The notes beneath the pieces were generated by a model. The model worked only from the letters and a program-made list of their open reading frames with translations, did not search any database and was not told the DNA's origin. A stretch of DNA of 64,000 nt, taken from the NCBI GenBank assembly GCA_035281845.1, contig DATEVL010000155.1:739-64738 (forward strand), given 5' to 3'. Below are positions 45,779 through 54,299 of the stretch, in pieces (the stretch's first letter is position 1; the number at the start of each line of letters is the position of its first letter). Source of the stretch: Anaerolineales bacterium. Lineage in GTDB: Bacteria; Chloroflexota; Anaerolineae; Anaerolineales; E44-bin32. A program made the translations under genes and the position numbers.

Positions 45779-45952
45779 TCACAGCTTGCGGACTCTCTCG
45801 ATCAGGCGCGTGACCAGCTCTCGCTCCGGGAGGTCCGTCGCGAGCGGCCCCGTCTCCACCAGATCTTCGGATCCGGCGCGCTTGGCCAGGAGCCGAAGCT
45901 TCAACTCCATGCGCCGATCCGCCTCGAACAAGCGTTTCTGTTTAGCGTTCAT
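45779..45952 (-). CDS. unlisted small ORF (57 aa) between murC and murB
   Basis: Hand translation: MNAKQKRLFEADRRMELKLRLLAKRAGSEDLVETGPLATDLPERELVTRLIERVRKL. GGGGAGG SD 5 nt upstream of the ATG. The TGA stop lies 6 nt before the murB ATG. Below the 60-aa cutoff of the ORF track. Confidence 0.55.
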   Translation of the reverse strand: MNAKQKRLFEADRRMELKLRLLAKRAGSEDLVETGPLATDLPERELVTRLIERVRKL

Positions 45953-46004
45953 TTCAGCCTCCCCATCCTTGTTGTCCCGCGTAGGGGCACGGCACGCCGT
46001 GCGC

Positions 46005-47375
46005 CTACCCCTTGCCGCTTGAACCCCGGCCTCGAAGATCGTCTAGAACAATCTGCCCCACCCGATTGGCGTCGCCGGCGCTGAGCGTCACGACGACCGC
46101 CGGTGGTTGCATGCCATCGATCACCATCGCCGCCGCTTCCTCCAGGGATTCGGCGTGGCGGACATCCTCGTGCACGATCTTTGCCACCAACCAGGCTCCG
46201 TCGATGCCCATCTCCGGCCGCTCCCGCGAAGCGAAGATCGCCGTGACGACGACGTGATCCGCCTGGCCAAACGCACGGGCGAAGTCCGCCGCCAGCGCCC
46301 GAGTCCGCGAGAAAGTGTGGGGCTGGAAAACGGCCCAGACTTCGCGGCCCGGCCAGCGGGTGCGGACGGCCTCCAACGTTGCGCGGATCTCGGTCGGATG
46401 GTGGGCGTAGTCGTCGATCACGACCACGCCGGCCGACTCACCGAGGACCGCGAATCTCCGCTCGACTCCCTGGAACTCGGTCAGCGCCTGTCGGGTGACG
46501 GCCAAAGGAATCTCGAAGGAATCGACCGCGGCCAGCGCCGCCAGTGCATTGAGAACGTTGTGGCGTCCCGGAAGCCGGGTCTGGATCAGGCCGAGCGAGG
46601 CCTCTCCGTGGAAGGCAAGGAAATCCGACCCGCCGGCGGAGTTCGGCCGGACGTCGGCGGCGCGCCAATCGGCCTCCGCGCTCCAGCCATAGGTCTCACG
46701 AGGCACGGTAGGGTGAATCAGCGACGCGGCCACCGGGTCTTCCTGGCAGACGATCAGCTTTTCTTCCACGAGATGGACGAACGCTTCGAACGCGTGCTGG
46801 TATTCGAGGATGGCGGGGAAGAGATCCGGGTGGTCGTATTCGACGTTCGTCACGACCCCGATGGCGGGATGAAGACCGAGGAAGGCTCGGTCGTACTCGT
46901 CGGCTTCGATCACGAAGGTCGAGCCGCCGCCGGCGGCGCCGTTGCCGCCGAGGTCCGGAGAAATTCCCCCCAAGATGTAACCGGGTTGGCGGCCGGCCTG
47001 GTGCAGAATCCACGCGATCAGAGCGGTCGTGGTGGTCTTGCCGTGCGTTCCGGCGACGGCGATGGTCCGCAGGCCGGTCGTCAGCGCACCCAGGAAGGCC
47101 TGGCGACGCAGAACCGGAATCCCCGCCAGCCGCGCCGCCGCCACTTCCGGGTTGTCGTCGCCGATGGCCGACGAGACGAGCAGCAGGTCGACGCCGGCGA
47201 CGTTCTCGGCGCGCTGCCCGACAGCGATCGCGACGCCGTCCCGCGCCAGCGATTCGGTCCGTTCGTTCGGTTCCCGATCCGATCCGCTCACCACGTCTCC
47301 TCGTTCGTGCAACACCCGGGCGATCGCCGACAGCCCACTTCCGCCAATCCCCACCAAATGCACCCGACGCCTCAT
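46005..47375 (-). CDS. murC: UDP-N-acetylmuramate--L-alanine ligase
   Basis: VHLVGIGGSGLSAIA and GTHGKTTTT motifs. ATGA overlap with the upstream gene. Confidence 0.9.
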   Translation of the reverse strand: MRRRVHLVGIGGSGLSAIARVLHERGDVVSGSDREPNERTESLARDGVAIAVGQRAENVAGVDLLLVSSAIGDDNPEVAAARLAGIPVLRRQAFLGALTTGLRTIAVAGTHGKTTTTALIAWILHQAGRQPGYILGGISPDLGGNGAAGGGSTFVIEADEYDRAFLGLHPAIGVVTNVEYDHPDLFPAILEYQHAFEAFVHLVEEKLIVCQEDPVAASLIHPTVPRETYGWSAEADWRAADVRPNSAGGSDFLAFHGEASLGLIQTRLPGRHNVLNALAALAAVDSFEIPLAVTRQALTEFQGVERRFAVLGESAGVVVIDDYAHHPTEIRATLEAVRTRWPGREVWAVFQPHTFSRTRALAADFARAFGQADHVVVTAIFASRERPEMGIDGAWLVAKIVHEDVRHAESLEEAAAMVIDGMQPPAVVVTLSAGDANRVGQIVLDDLRGRGSSGKG

Positions 47376-47905
47376 ACGAACACGACGATGATGAAGACGA
47401 ACACCAGGCCGACGACGAAGTACACCAGCGGTATGGTCAGCACGGCGGGGGGAAGGTAGGGCATATAGGTGGCGATTTGGGTCGCCAGCGCGCTCCCCTC
47501 CTCTGGCGCGGCCACCAGGTTGGTGGGATAGCCGGCCTGATTCATGTAGTACCAGATCGATCCGATGAGCAGGTATCCGTTGAGCAGACCCAGCATCAAG
47601 CCGAGCACAATCTCTTCGACCCGCTCCCGAGCCACCTTCGGCTGCAGGGCGCGCAGGTTGGGCGTCTGGTAGCCGAAAAAGGCCAGCAGGATCAAGAGGC
47701 CCGAGCGGACAACCACTTGGGTCCCGGGAGTCTGCAGGGCCATCGAGTCGCGGAAGGGGCCGATGTAGGTTTCCAAGATGGCGATCAAGAAGAGACCCAA
47801 CACCAGCGCGCTGGTCACCAACAGCTCGCGCGACCAGCCGCGCATGCCTCCGACCAGACCGAAGACGACAATGAACAGCCAGAAGACGACGACCAGGCTG
47901 ATCAC
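47372..47905 (-). CDS. CvpA-like integral membrane protein
   Basis: 4-5 TM helices. N-terminal pattern LVGGMRGWSRELL resembles the CvpA G..RG..RE motif. GTG start overlaps the murG stop (GTGA). Assignment is tentative. Confidence 0.5.
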   Translation of the reverse strand: MISLVVVFWLFIVVFGLVGGMRGWSRELLVTSALVLGLFLIAILETYIGPFRDSMALQTPGTQVVVRSGLLILLAFFGYQTPNLRALQPKVARERVEEIVLGLMLGLLNGYLLIGSIWYYMNQAGYPTNLVAAPEEGSALATQIATYMPYLPPAVLTIPLVYFVVGLVFVFIIVVFV

Positions 47906-49002
47906 GCGGCCACCTTGCGGCGATTCGCCTCGCCCTCGACCAGATCCGCGATTCTTTGAGCCGAATCCGAGGTGGCCTGGCGGCGGGCGGCAGTCGACAT
48001 CGCCGCCAGGCGCCCCGGGTCGGAGAGCAGCGCCAGGGCGGTCGGCACGAGGTCGGAGCTCAGTCGTTCATCCGCTACGACCTCGGCCGCCGCGCGCTGC
48101 GCCAGGAAATCGGCGTTGACGTGCTGATAACGCCAGGCATGCGGATAGGGAACCAGAATCGCGGGCAGCCCGAAAAGCGGAAGCTCGCCGAGCGCCGATG
48201 CTCCGGCGCGACCGATCGCCAGATCGGCGGCGGCGTAGGCCGAGGCCATCTCCTCGTGGAGGTAGGCGACCGGGAAATAGCGCGCATGTTGGGATTGCGC
48301 CAGCCCATCCCGCACGTGAACGGCCTTGGCGAAGTCCATCTGCCCGGTGAGATGGATGACCTGCGCCGCCGGAAGCAGTCGCTCCAGCCCCGACCACATC
48401 GCTTCGTTGATCGAGTGCGCCCCGCGGCTTCCGCCGAGAACCACAACGACGGGCCCGTCGGCGGACAACCCGAGTCGTTCCCGGGCCCGAGGCTTCGAGG
48501 AAGGAGTCAGATCCGGGCGCGTCGGGTATCCGGTAATGAACACGCGAGCCCGTCGCGAGTAATACCTGCGAGAGTCTTCCGCCGTGACGGCGACGACGTC
48601 TGCCAACCGAGCGATCACGCGTGCGGCGAGGGCCGGCTCGATATCCGGCACATAGAGAACTTTGGGGACACCCCGGCCGGCCAGCGCCGCCGGGATGCCC
48701 ACGTAGCCTCCCGTGAGCAGCATCGCCTCGGGCTGGAAGCGGCGCATCACGCGCCGGGCCGCGCCGAAACCGCGGGTCAGCGCCGCCAGGTTGCGCGGCA
48801 GCGACCGCAGGCCGACCCCGTGCAGGCCGGCTGCCGGAACGGCTTCGAACCGAATCCCGGCCCGCGGAACCAGATCGGCCTCCATCCCGCCTACACCGCC
48901 CAGCCAGAGCACGTCAGCCCTCGAGCCGAGCGCGGCGATGGTGGCCAAGGCGGGATACACGCCTCCGCCGGTGCCGCCAGCCGACACCAATAGTCGAAAC
49001 AT
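47902..49002 (-). CDS. murG: undecaprenyldiphospho-muramoylpentapeptide beta-N-acetylglucosaminyltransferase
   Basis: N-terminal G-loop MFRLLVSAGGTGGGVYPALA. GT28 layout. Confidence 0.9.
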   Translation of the reverse strand: MFRLLVSAGGTGGGVYPALATIAALGSRADVLWLGGVGGMEADLVPRAGIRFEAVPAAGLHGVGLRSLPRNLAALTRGFGAARRVMRRFQPEAMLLTGGYVGIPAALAGRGVPKVLYVPDIEPALAARVIARLADVVAVTAEDSRRYYSRRARVFITGYPTRPDLTPSSKPRARERLGLSADGPVVVVLGGSRGAHSINEAMWSGLERLLPAAQVIHLTGQMDFAKAVHVRDGLAQSQHARYFPVAYLHEEMASAYAAADLAIGRAGASALGELPLFGLPAILVPYPHAWRYQHVNADFLAQRAAAEVVADERLSSDLVPTALALLSDPGRLAAMSTAARRQATSDSAQRIADLVEGEANRRKVAA

Positions 49003-50191
49003 AGCCCTCCGAGGCCGTCGTCGACGGCGGCCTTCGTGAGATGTTGAGCAGTAGCCCGACCCCGGCCAGGGTCGTCACCAGGTTGGATCCGCCAAACGAA
49101 AAGAAAGGCAAGGCATTGCCGGCAAACGGCAGGAGGCCCAATAGCACCGACATGTTGATCAGCGCCTCGATACCAATCCAGAAGGCGATCCCTCCGGCCA
49201 TCAGCATCTCCAGCCTGTCCGGCGCCTGCGAGGCGACGCGAAAGCTCCTCCATAGCAGCAATCCGAAGAGCGCCAGCACCAGCAGCGCCCCAACCAGCCC
49301 TAACTCCTCACCGACAACGGCGAAGATGCTGTCGGTGTGCGGCGCCGGCAACAGGCCGAACTTCTCTCGGCTGGCGCCCAGACCCCGCCCGACCAGCCCG
49401 CCGCTGAAGAAGGATTGCAGCGACTGCTGAACGTGATAGGAGGCCTCCTCGATGTTGACAAGGCCCGCCACGTAATCCGCCCAGCGGGCCCGGCCGGTAT
49501 TCGTCAGGCGGACCAGGACATAACCCACGATGGCGCTGCCGGTGGTGACGACCGCCGATTGCGAAATTCGGGTGCCGGCCAGGTAGAACATCACCAGGGC
49601 GACCATAGCGACCGTCAGCACGGCGCTCAAGTCCGGCTGGAGCAGAATCAGTCCGCCGACGATGCCGATGATCGTCATCAGCGGCAGGAAGCCGTAGCCC
49701 CACTCGGAGAGCCGCTCGCCCTTCGACTCCATCCAGACCGCCAGGTACAGGATGACCGCCAGTTTGGCCATCTCCGACGGCTGCACCGAGCCGCCGAGGA
49801 AGGCCCGCCGCGGGCCGCTGCCGGCGCTCACCAACAGGAGGACAAACAGAAGGAAGATCGTCGCCAGGATGAGCGGCAGCGCCAAACGGCGCAACCAGCG
49901 GATCGGGAAGACCGCCGCGGCCGCCATCACCATCAGGCCGATGACGACGTTGCCAAGCTGGCGCAGGATCAGGGCATTCGGATTGCCAAACAATCGCCAC
50001 GATACGTCCCAGCTGGCGGAATAGACCATCACCAGCCCGAAAACGATCATCACGCCGACCAGGATGAGCAGCCATGGATCGAACCCAAGGACGTGCAGCC
50101 AGGGCAGGCCTACCCTGAGCGGAGTCGAAGGGCGCAGCGCGGTTCGGCCTGGTTTCGCGGAAGCGGCTTGGCTCACAACGCCTCCACCCAT
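48914..50191 (-). CDS. ftsW: SEDS-family peptidoglycan glycosyltransferase FtsW
   Basis: About 10 TM helices with SEDS-type loops (for example PEPHTDSIFAV-like LPAPHTDSIFAVVGEE). The start could instead be the GTG at 50176, overlapping the murD stop (GTGA). The 3' end overlaps murG by 89 nt. Confidence 0.85.
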   Translation of the reverse strand: MGGGVVSQAASAKPGRTALRPSTPLRVGLPWLHVLGFDPWLLILVGVMIVFGLVMVYSASWDVSWRLFGNPNALILRQLGNVVIGLMVMAAAAVFPIRWLRRLALPLILATIFLLFVLLLVSAGSGPRRAFLGGSVQPSEMAKLAVILYLAVWMESKGERLSEWGYGFLPLMTIIGIVGGLILLQPDLSAVLTVAMVALVMFYLAGTRISQSAVVTTGSAIVGYVLVRLTNTGRARWADYVAGLVNIEEASYHVQQSLQSFFSGGLVGRGLGASREKFGLLPAPHTDSIFAVVGEELGLVGALLVLALFGLLLWRSFRVASQAPDRLEMLMAGGIAFWIGIEALINMSVLLGLLPFAGNALPFFSFGGSNLVTTLAGVGLLLNISRRPPSTTASEGYVSTIGVGWRHRRRRVSRLGHHRRARLEG

Positions 50192-51552
50192 TGGCGATAG
50201 CGCTCCCCGCGCTCGGCGAAGTCGACGAACTCATCAAAGGAGGTACCGCCCGGCGCCAGCAGGACGACGTCGCCGGCTGTGGCGCGGGCCGCCGCCGCTT
50301 GCACGGCCTGAGCCAGGCCGGTAGCCCGATCGAGGGTCTGCAGACGGCCGTGTGGTTGCAGCCGGCCCAATGCGGCGGCGATCTTCTCCGCCGCCTCGCC
50401 GAACAACACCAGGTGGTCGACACGCTGGGGCACCACGGAGCCGAACTCGCTCCAGTCGAGGTCTTTGTCGCGTCCGCCGGCAAGGAGCACGAGCGGCTCC
50501 TCGAAGGAGCGGATCGCCGCCAGGCTGCGCTCCGGCGTCGTGGCGATCGAGTCGTTGTACCAGTCGGCGTCGCGCACGCGGCGGACGAACTCCAGCCGGT
50601 GCGGTACACCCCGGAACCCGGCGATCGCCTCGGCCATGGCGGCGTCGCTGATCCCGGCGGCGGAGCCCGCGGCGCAGGCGGCAAGCACATTCAGCAAGTT
50701 GTGATCGCCGCGCAAACCAATGGCCGCGCGCAGGCAGACCTCCCTGCTCACCACACCCGACCGGACGACGATCGATTCGCCGCGCATCTCGGCGCCATCG
50801 ACCCCCTCGGGCAGCTTGTGGGCGAAACCCATCAGCCGGCCACGCACCCGAGGGCGTAACGCCCAAGCCGCTCGATCTTCCGCACCGAGCACGGCGATGT
50901 CGTCTCCGGTCTGGAACTCGAGCAGGCGGGCCTTGGCGGCGACATAGGCATCCATCGTCCGGTGACGGTCGAGATGATTGGGCGTGAGATTGAGGACGAT
51001 GGCGATGGCCGGACTGATGGTCATCAACTCGAGTTGGAACGACGAAAGCTCCATGACCACCAGGTCGTCCCGGCGAATCTCGGCCAGGTCGGTCAGCAAG
51101 GGACGACCGATATTGCCGCCGACCCAGGCCCGCGCGCCGGAGTCCTGTCCCCAGAGCCGTGCCATCTCTCCGAGCAGGGCCGTCGTCGTGGTCTTGCCGG
51201 CCGAACCGGTGATGCCGATCGTGCGCGCCGGGCAGGACTGGAGGAAGAGCTGGGCGTCGTTCGTCACCCGAATCCCGCGGCGGCGCGCCTGCTGTGCCAG
51301 CGGCAGATCGGCGGGAACCCCGCCGGACAGGCACAGCAGTTGCGCGTCCGCCAGCAGCTCGTCCGGATGGCCGCCCAGGGCGAACTCGAGCGGCAAGTCG
51401 GCGAGTTCTTCGATCGCCGGCCGAAGTTCATCCATCGAGCGCAGATCGGTCATCACGACATCCGCTCCCTGATCGGCGAAATAGCGAGCCAGCGCCTTAC
51501 CCTGACGGGCAAGCCCCACGATCACCACCTTCTGGCCCCGCCTTTCGCCCAA
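50173..51552 (-). CDS. murD: UDP-N-acetylmuramoylalanine--D-glutamate ligase
   Basis: N-terminal Rossmann VVIVGLARQGKALARYF. GITGSAGKTTTT P-loop. Confidence 0.9.
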   Translation of the reverse strand: MGERRGQKVVIVGLARQGKALARYFADQGADVVMTDLRSMDELRPAIEELADLPLEFALGGHPDELLADAQLLCLSGGVPADLPLAQQARRRGIRVTNDAQLFLQSCPARTIGITGSAGKTTTTALLGEMARLWGQDSGARAWVGGNIGRPLLTDLAEIRRDDLVVMELSSFQLELMTISPAIAIVLNLTPNHLDRHRTMDAYVAAKARLLEFQTGDDIAVLGAEDRAAWALRPRVRGRLMGFAHKLPEGVDGAEMRGESIVVRSGVVSREVCLRAAIGLRGDHNLLNVLAACAAGSAAGISDAAMAEAIAGFRGVPHRLEFVRRVRDADWYNDSIATTPERSLAAIRSFEEPLVLLAGGRDKDLDWSEFGSVVPQRVDHLVLFGEAAEKIAAALGRLQPHGRLQTLDRATGLAQAVQAAAARATAGDVVLLAPGGTSFDEFVDFAERGERYRQWVEAL

Positions 51553-51561
51553 ACGACCGCC

Positions 51562-51861
51562 TCAGGCGGCCTTCCTCTTGGCCGGCGCTTCGCTGCGTGC
51601 CTTGCGAGCGCTCTCCTTCTCCGCCTTGCCCGCCCCCTGCTCCTCGATCCCCACCAGGAAGTGGTTGGGCAGGATGGCGTGCGTCTCTCGCAAGACCACG
51701 CCCGAGACGTTCGTCACCTCGGCGCCGGCACGAGTCGCCGGATGCACCAGGCAGACCGTCGGGGTGCGGCCGTACTTGGTGGCGTAGAACGAAACGGCGC
51801 GTGCCACCTTGTCCTTCAGGCCCTGGGGGCCGTCGTCGAACCACAGCATTCCTGTATCCAT
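51562..51861 (-). CDS. hypothetical 99-aa protein embedded between mraY and murD
   Basis: GAGGGAG SD. 3-nt gap after the mraY stop and 9-nt gap before the murD start. Soluble N-terminal ~70 aa and a Lys/Ala/Glu-rich tail. No motif recognised. Confidence 0.6.
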   Translation of the reverse strand: MDTGMLWFDDGPQGLKDKVARAVSFYATKYGRTPTVCLVHPATRAGAEVTNVSGVVLRETHAILPNHFLVGIEEQGAGKAEKESARKARSEAPAKRKAA

Positions 51862-51864
51862 GTC

Positions 51865-52872
51865 TCAACTCCCTCTCAGCAAGGCCAGGGCGACTCCGAT
51901 CATGGCGGTCAGCAGCGCCACGAGCCAGAATCGCTGGACGACTTGGGTCTCACTCCATCCGACGAGCTCGAAGTGGTGGTGCAGCGGCGCCATCTTGAAG
52001 AGACGGCGGCCGTGCGTCACACGGAAGTAGGCGATTTGTAGGATGACGCTGATGACCACGCTGACCGGGATGATGGCGATGACCGGAAGCAGGATCCACT
52101 GGCCGGTCATCAGGGCTACGACACCCAGCGTCGCCCCGAGGGAGAGCGAGCCGGTATCGCCCATGATCATCTCGGCGGGATGGACGTTGTACCAAAGGAA
52201 GGCGAAGATCGCCCCGACCACGGTGAAGCAGAAACGCACCAGGAACTCCTGACCCTGGAGCATGGCGATGGCGCCGTAGGCGGCGAAGGCGGTGGCGGCG
52301 ATCAGCCCGGCCAATCCGTCGAGACCATCGGTGAGATTCACGGCGTTGGTCGAGGCGACGATGACGAACATCGCAATCGGGATGTACCAGATCCCGAGGC
52401 TGATCCCTTCCGGGTAATTGGGCAGGAACAGCTCGGGCGCCTGCAAACCGTACTTGAGCGCCAGGGCGGCGCCACCCGCCAGGACGACCTGCCACAGGAA
52501 CTTGGTGCGGGCGCGCATGCCCTCGCCGCGCCTCCGTCCCTTGACGCCGAACCAGTCGTCGACCGCGCCGAGGATGGCGAAAGCCAGCAGCACCAGCGTC
52601 GGCAAGAGGATCGACGGACCGAGAACGGTCAGCTCGGAAAGCAGCGAAACCAGATTCAAGACGGCGGTCACGGTCAGGACCGAGATCACAATCAACCAGC
52701 CGCCCATCGTCGGTGTGCCGAGTTTGGTGACATGGCGTTCGGGGCCTTCGATTCGAATCTTCTTGCCGACCCCGAGGCGGCGCAGCACCTGGATCAGCGG
52801 GCCTCCCCAGATCACGGCCAGCAGGAAGGTGATCCCGCCCAGCGAAAGGGCCATCGCCGATTGGCCGATCAC
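51865..52872 (-). CDS. mraY: phospho-N-acetylmuramoyl-pentapeptide transferase
   Basis: NAVNLTDGLDGLA motif. 10 TM helices. GTG start overlaps the murF stop (GTGA). Confidence 0.9.
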   Translation of the reverse strand: MIGQSAMALSLGGITFLLAVIWGGPLIQVLRRLGVGKKIRIEGPERHVTKLGTPTMGGWLIVISVLTVTAVLNLVSLLSELTVLGPSILLPTLVLLAFAILGAVDDWFGVKGRRRGEGMRARTKFLWQVVLAGGAALALKYGLQAPELFLPNYPEGISLGIWYIPIAMFVIVASTNAVNLTDGLDGLAGLIAATAFAAYGAIAMLQGQEFLVRFCFTVVGAIFAFLWYNVHPAEMIMGDTGSLSLGATLGVVALMTGQWILLPVIAIIPVSVVISVILQIAYFRVTHGRRLFKMAPLHHHFELVGWSETQVVQRFWLVALLTAMIGVALALLRGS

Positions 52873-54293
52873 GAGGTACCCTCCGCCAGCTCATCGACGA
52901 TCTGATCCATGTGCATCCCGCGCGAGCCTTTGACCAGGATCACATCGCCGGCTCCGACGCGCACGCGGAGCGCCTTGACCGCTTGCTCGGCCGACTCGAC
53001 GTGGACGACGTGACTGGCCGGCAGCCCGGCCCGAGTCGCCTCTTCGGCGATCCATCGGGCGCGGGGCCCGACTGTGAGAAGCTCATCGGCGACGGCCGCC
53101 GCCCGGGCGCCGACCATGCGATGGCCGGCCTCCTCGTAGGATCCCAGCTCGAGCATGTCGCCGAGCACCGCCAGCCGACGCCCTTCCAGCTCGGCCAGCA
53201 GGTTCAGCGCGGCGATCGTCGAGTCGGGCGAAGCGTTGTAGGTGTCGTCGAGCAAGATCGAACCTCCCGGCCCCGGAACCGCCACCAGCCTCAGCTGGGC
53301 GTGCGTTTGCTGGAGCCCGCTCAGGATCTCCTCCCACGACAAGCCCTCCACCAGACCGACGGCCGCCGCACGCAGCGCGGTGTGCACCGAGTGTTGGCCC
53401 AACATCGGAACCCGAATGTGCTCCTGTTCGCCGCCGTGGTGCAGGGCGAAGCGAACCCCGTCGAGGCCCAGCCCGACGATCGCATCGGCCCACAGGTCGG
53501 CCCGCGGGCTGAGGCCGTAGGTGAAGACGCGGGCAGTGGTGTGTCCGGCCATCTGGCGCACGCGTTCGTCGTCGTAATTCAGGATGGCGACTCCTTCCGG
53601 CGCCGCCGGCAGGCTCTCCACCAGCTCGCGCTTCCCCGCCACGATCGCTTCCATCGTGCCGGCGCGCTCCAGGTGCACCGGGCCGATATTGGTCACGACG
53701 CCGACCTGCGGCCGGGCAATGTCGCACAGCAGAGCGACCTCCCCGGGGACATAGAATCCCATCTCCAGGACGGCCCGCGAGTGGAAATCGCTCAGCTTCA
53801 GAACCGTCAGCGGCAGGCCGATCTCGTTATTCAGGTTTCCGGGGTTCTTCAGCGTGCGGTAGCGGCGTTCGAGCAGCTCGGCGGTGACCTCCTTCGTGGT
53901 CGACTTCCCGACGCTGCCGGTGATCCCAATGACCCGCAGCGAAAGCTTGGACCGCCAATAGCGGGCGATCTGCTGCATGGCCGCCATCACGTCGGCGACG
54001 CGCAGACAGACCTGTGCCGGCATCGTCAGCCCGGGGGACACCGGGCGCCGCGTATCAATCACCGGCCAGTTACCGAGGCCGTCGCGCTCGACGAGGGCGG
54101 CCCGCGCCCCGCGCTCGAAGGCCTGGGCTACATAGTCGTGACCGTCCGTCTGTTCTCCACGAAGGGCGACGAAGAGCGCACCCGGCGAGACCTCCCGCGA
54201 ATCGATGACCGCGTCGCGCAGGGGAACGCCTGGGCCGGAAAGGGTGGCCCCGGTGAGCGCTTCGATGGCCAGTTCGAGACTCAACCGTTTCAC
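52869..54293 (-). CDS. murF: UDP-N-acetylmuramoyl-tripeptide--D-alanyl-D-alanine ligase
   Basis: GITGSVGKSTTKE and the MurF-specific GNLNNEIGLPLT motif. GTG start. Confidence 0.9.
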   Translation of the reverse strand: MKRLSLELAIEALTGATLSGPGVPLRDAVIDSREVSPGALFVALRGEQTDGHDYVAQAFERGARAALVERDGLGNWPVIDTRRPVSPGLTMPAQVCLRVADVMAAMQQIARYWRSKLSLRVIGITGSVGKSTTKEVTAELLERRYRTLKNPGNLNNEIGLPLTVLKLSDFHSRAVLEMGFYVPGEVALLCDIARPQVGVVTNIGPVHLERAGTMEAIVAGKRELVESLPAAPEGVAILNYDDERVRQMAGHTTARVFTYGLSPRADLWADAIVGLGLDGVRFALHHGGEQEHIRVPMLGQHSVHTALRAAAVGLVEGLSWEEILSGLQQTHAQLRLVAVPGPGGSILLDDTYNASPDSTIAALNLLAELEGRRLAVLGDMLELGSYEEAGHRMVGARAAAVADELLTVGPRARWIAEEATRAGLPASHVVHVESAEQAVKALRVRVGAGDVILVKGSRGMHMDQIVDELAEGTS

Positions 54294-54299
54294 GTTCGA

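Noticed and set aside
44324-50690. 476-aa (44324-45754, +), 450-aa (46107-47459, +), 345-aa (47956-48993, +) and 460-aa (49308-50690, -) ORFs
   Set aside because: These are antisense or alternate-frame shadows of ddl/murB, murC, murG and ftsW/murD. They have no recognisable motifs and partly translate repeat modules.
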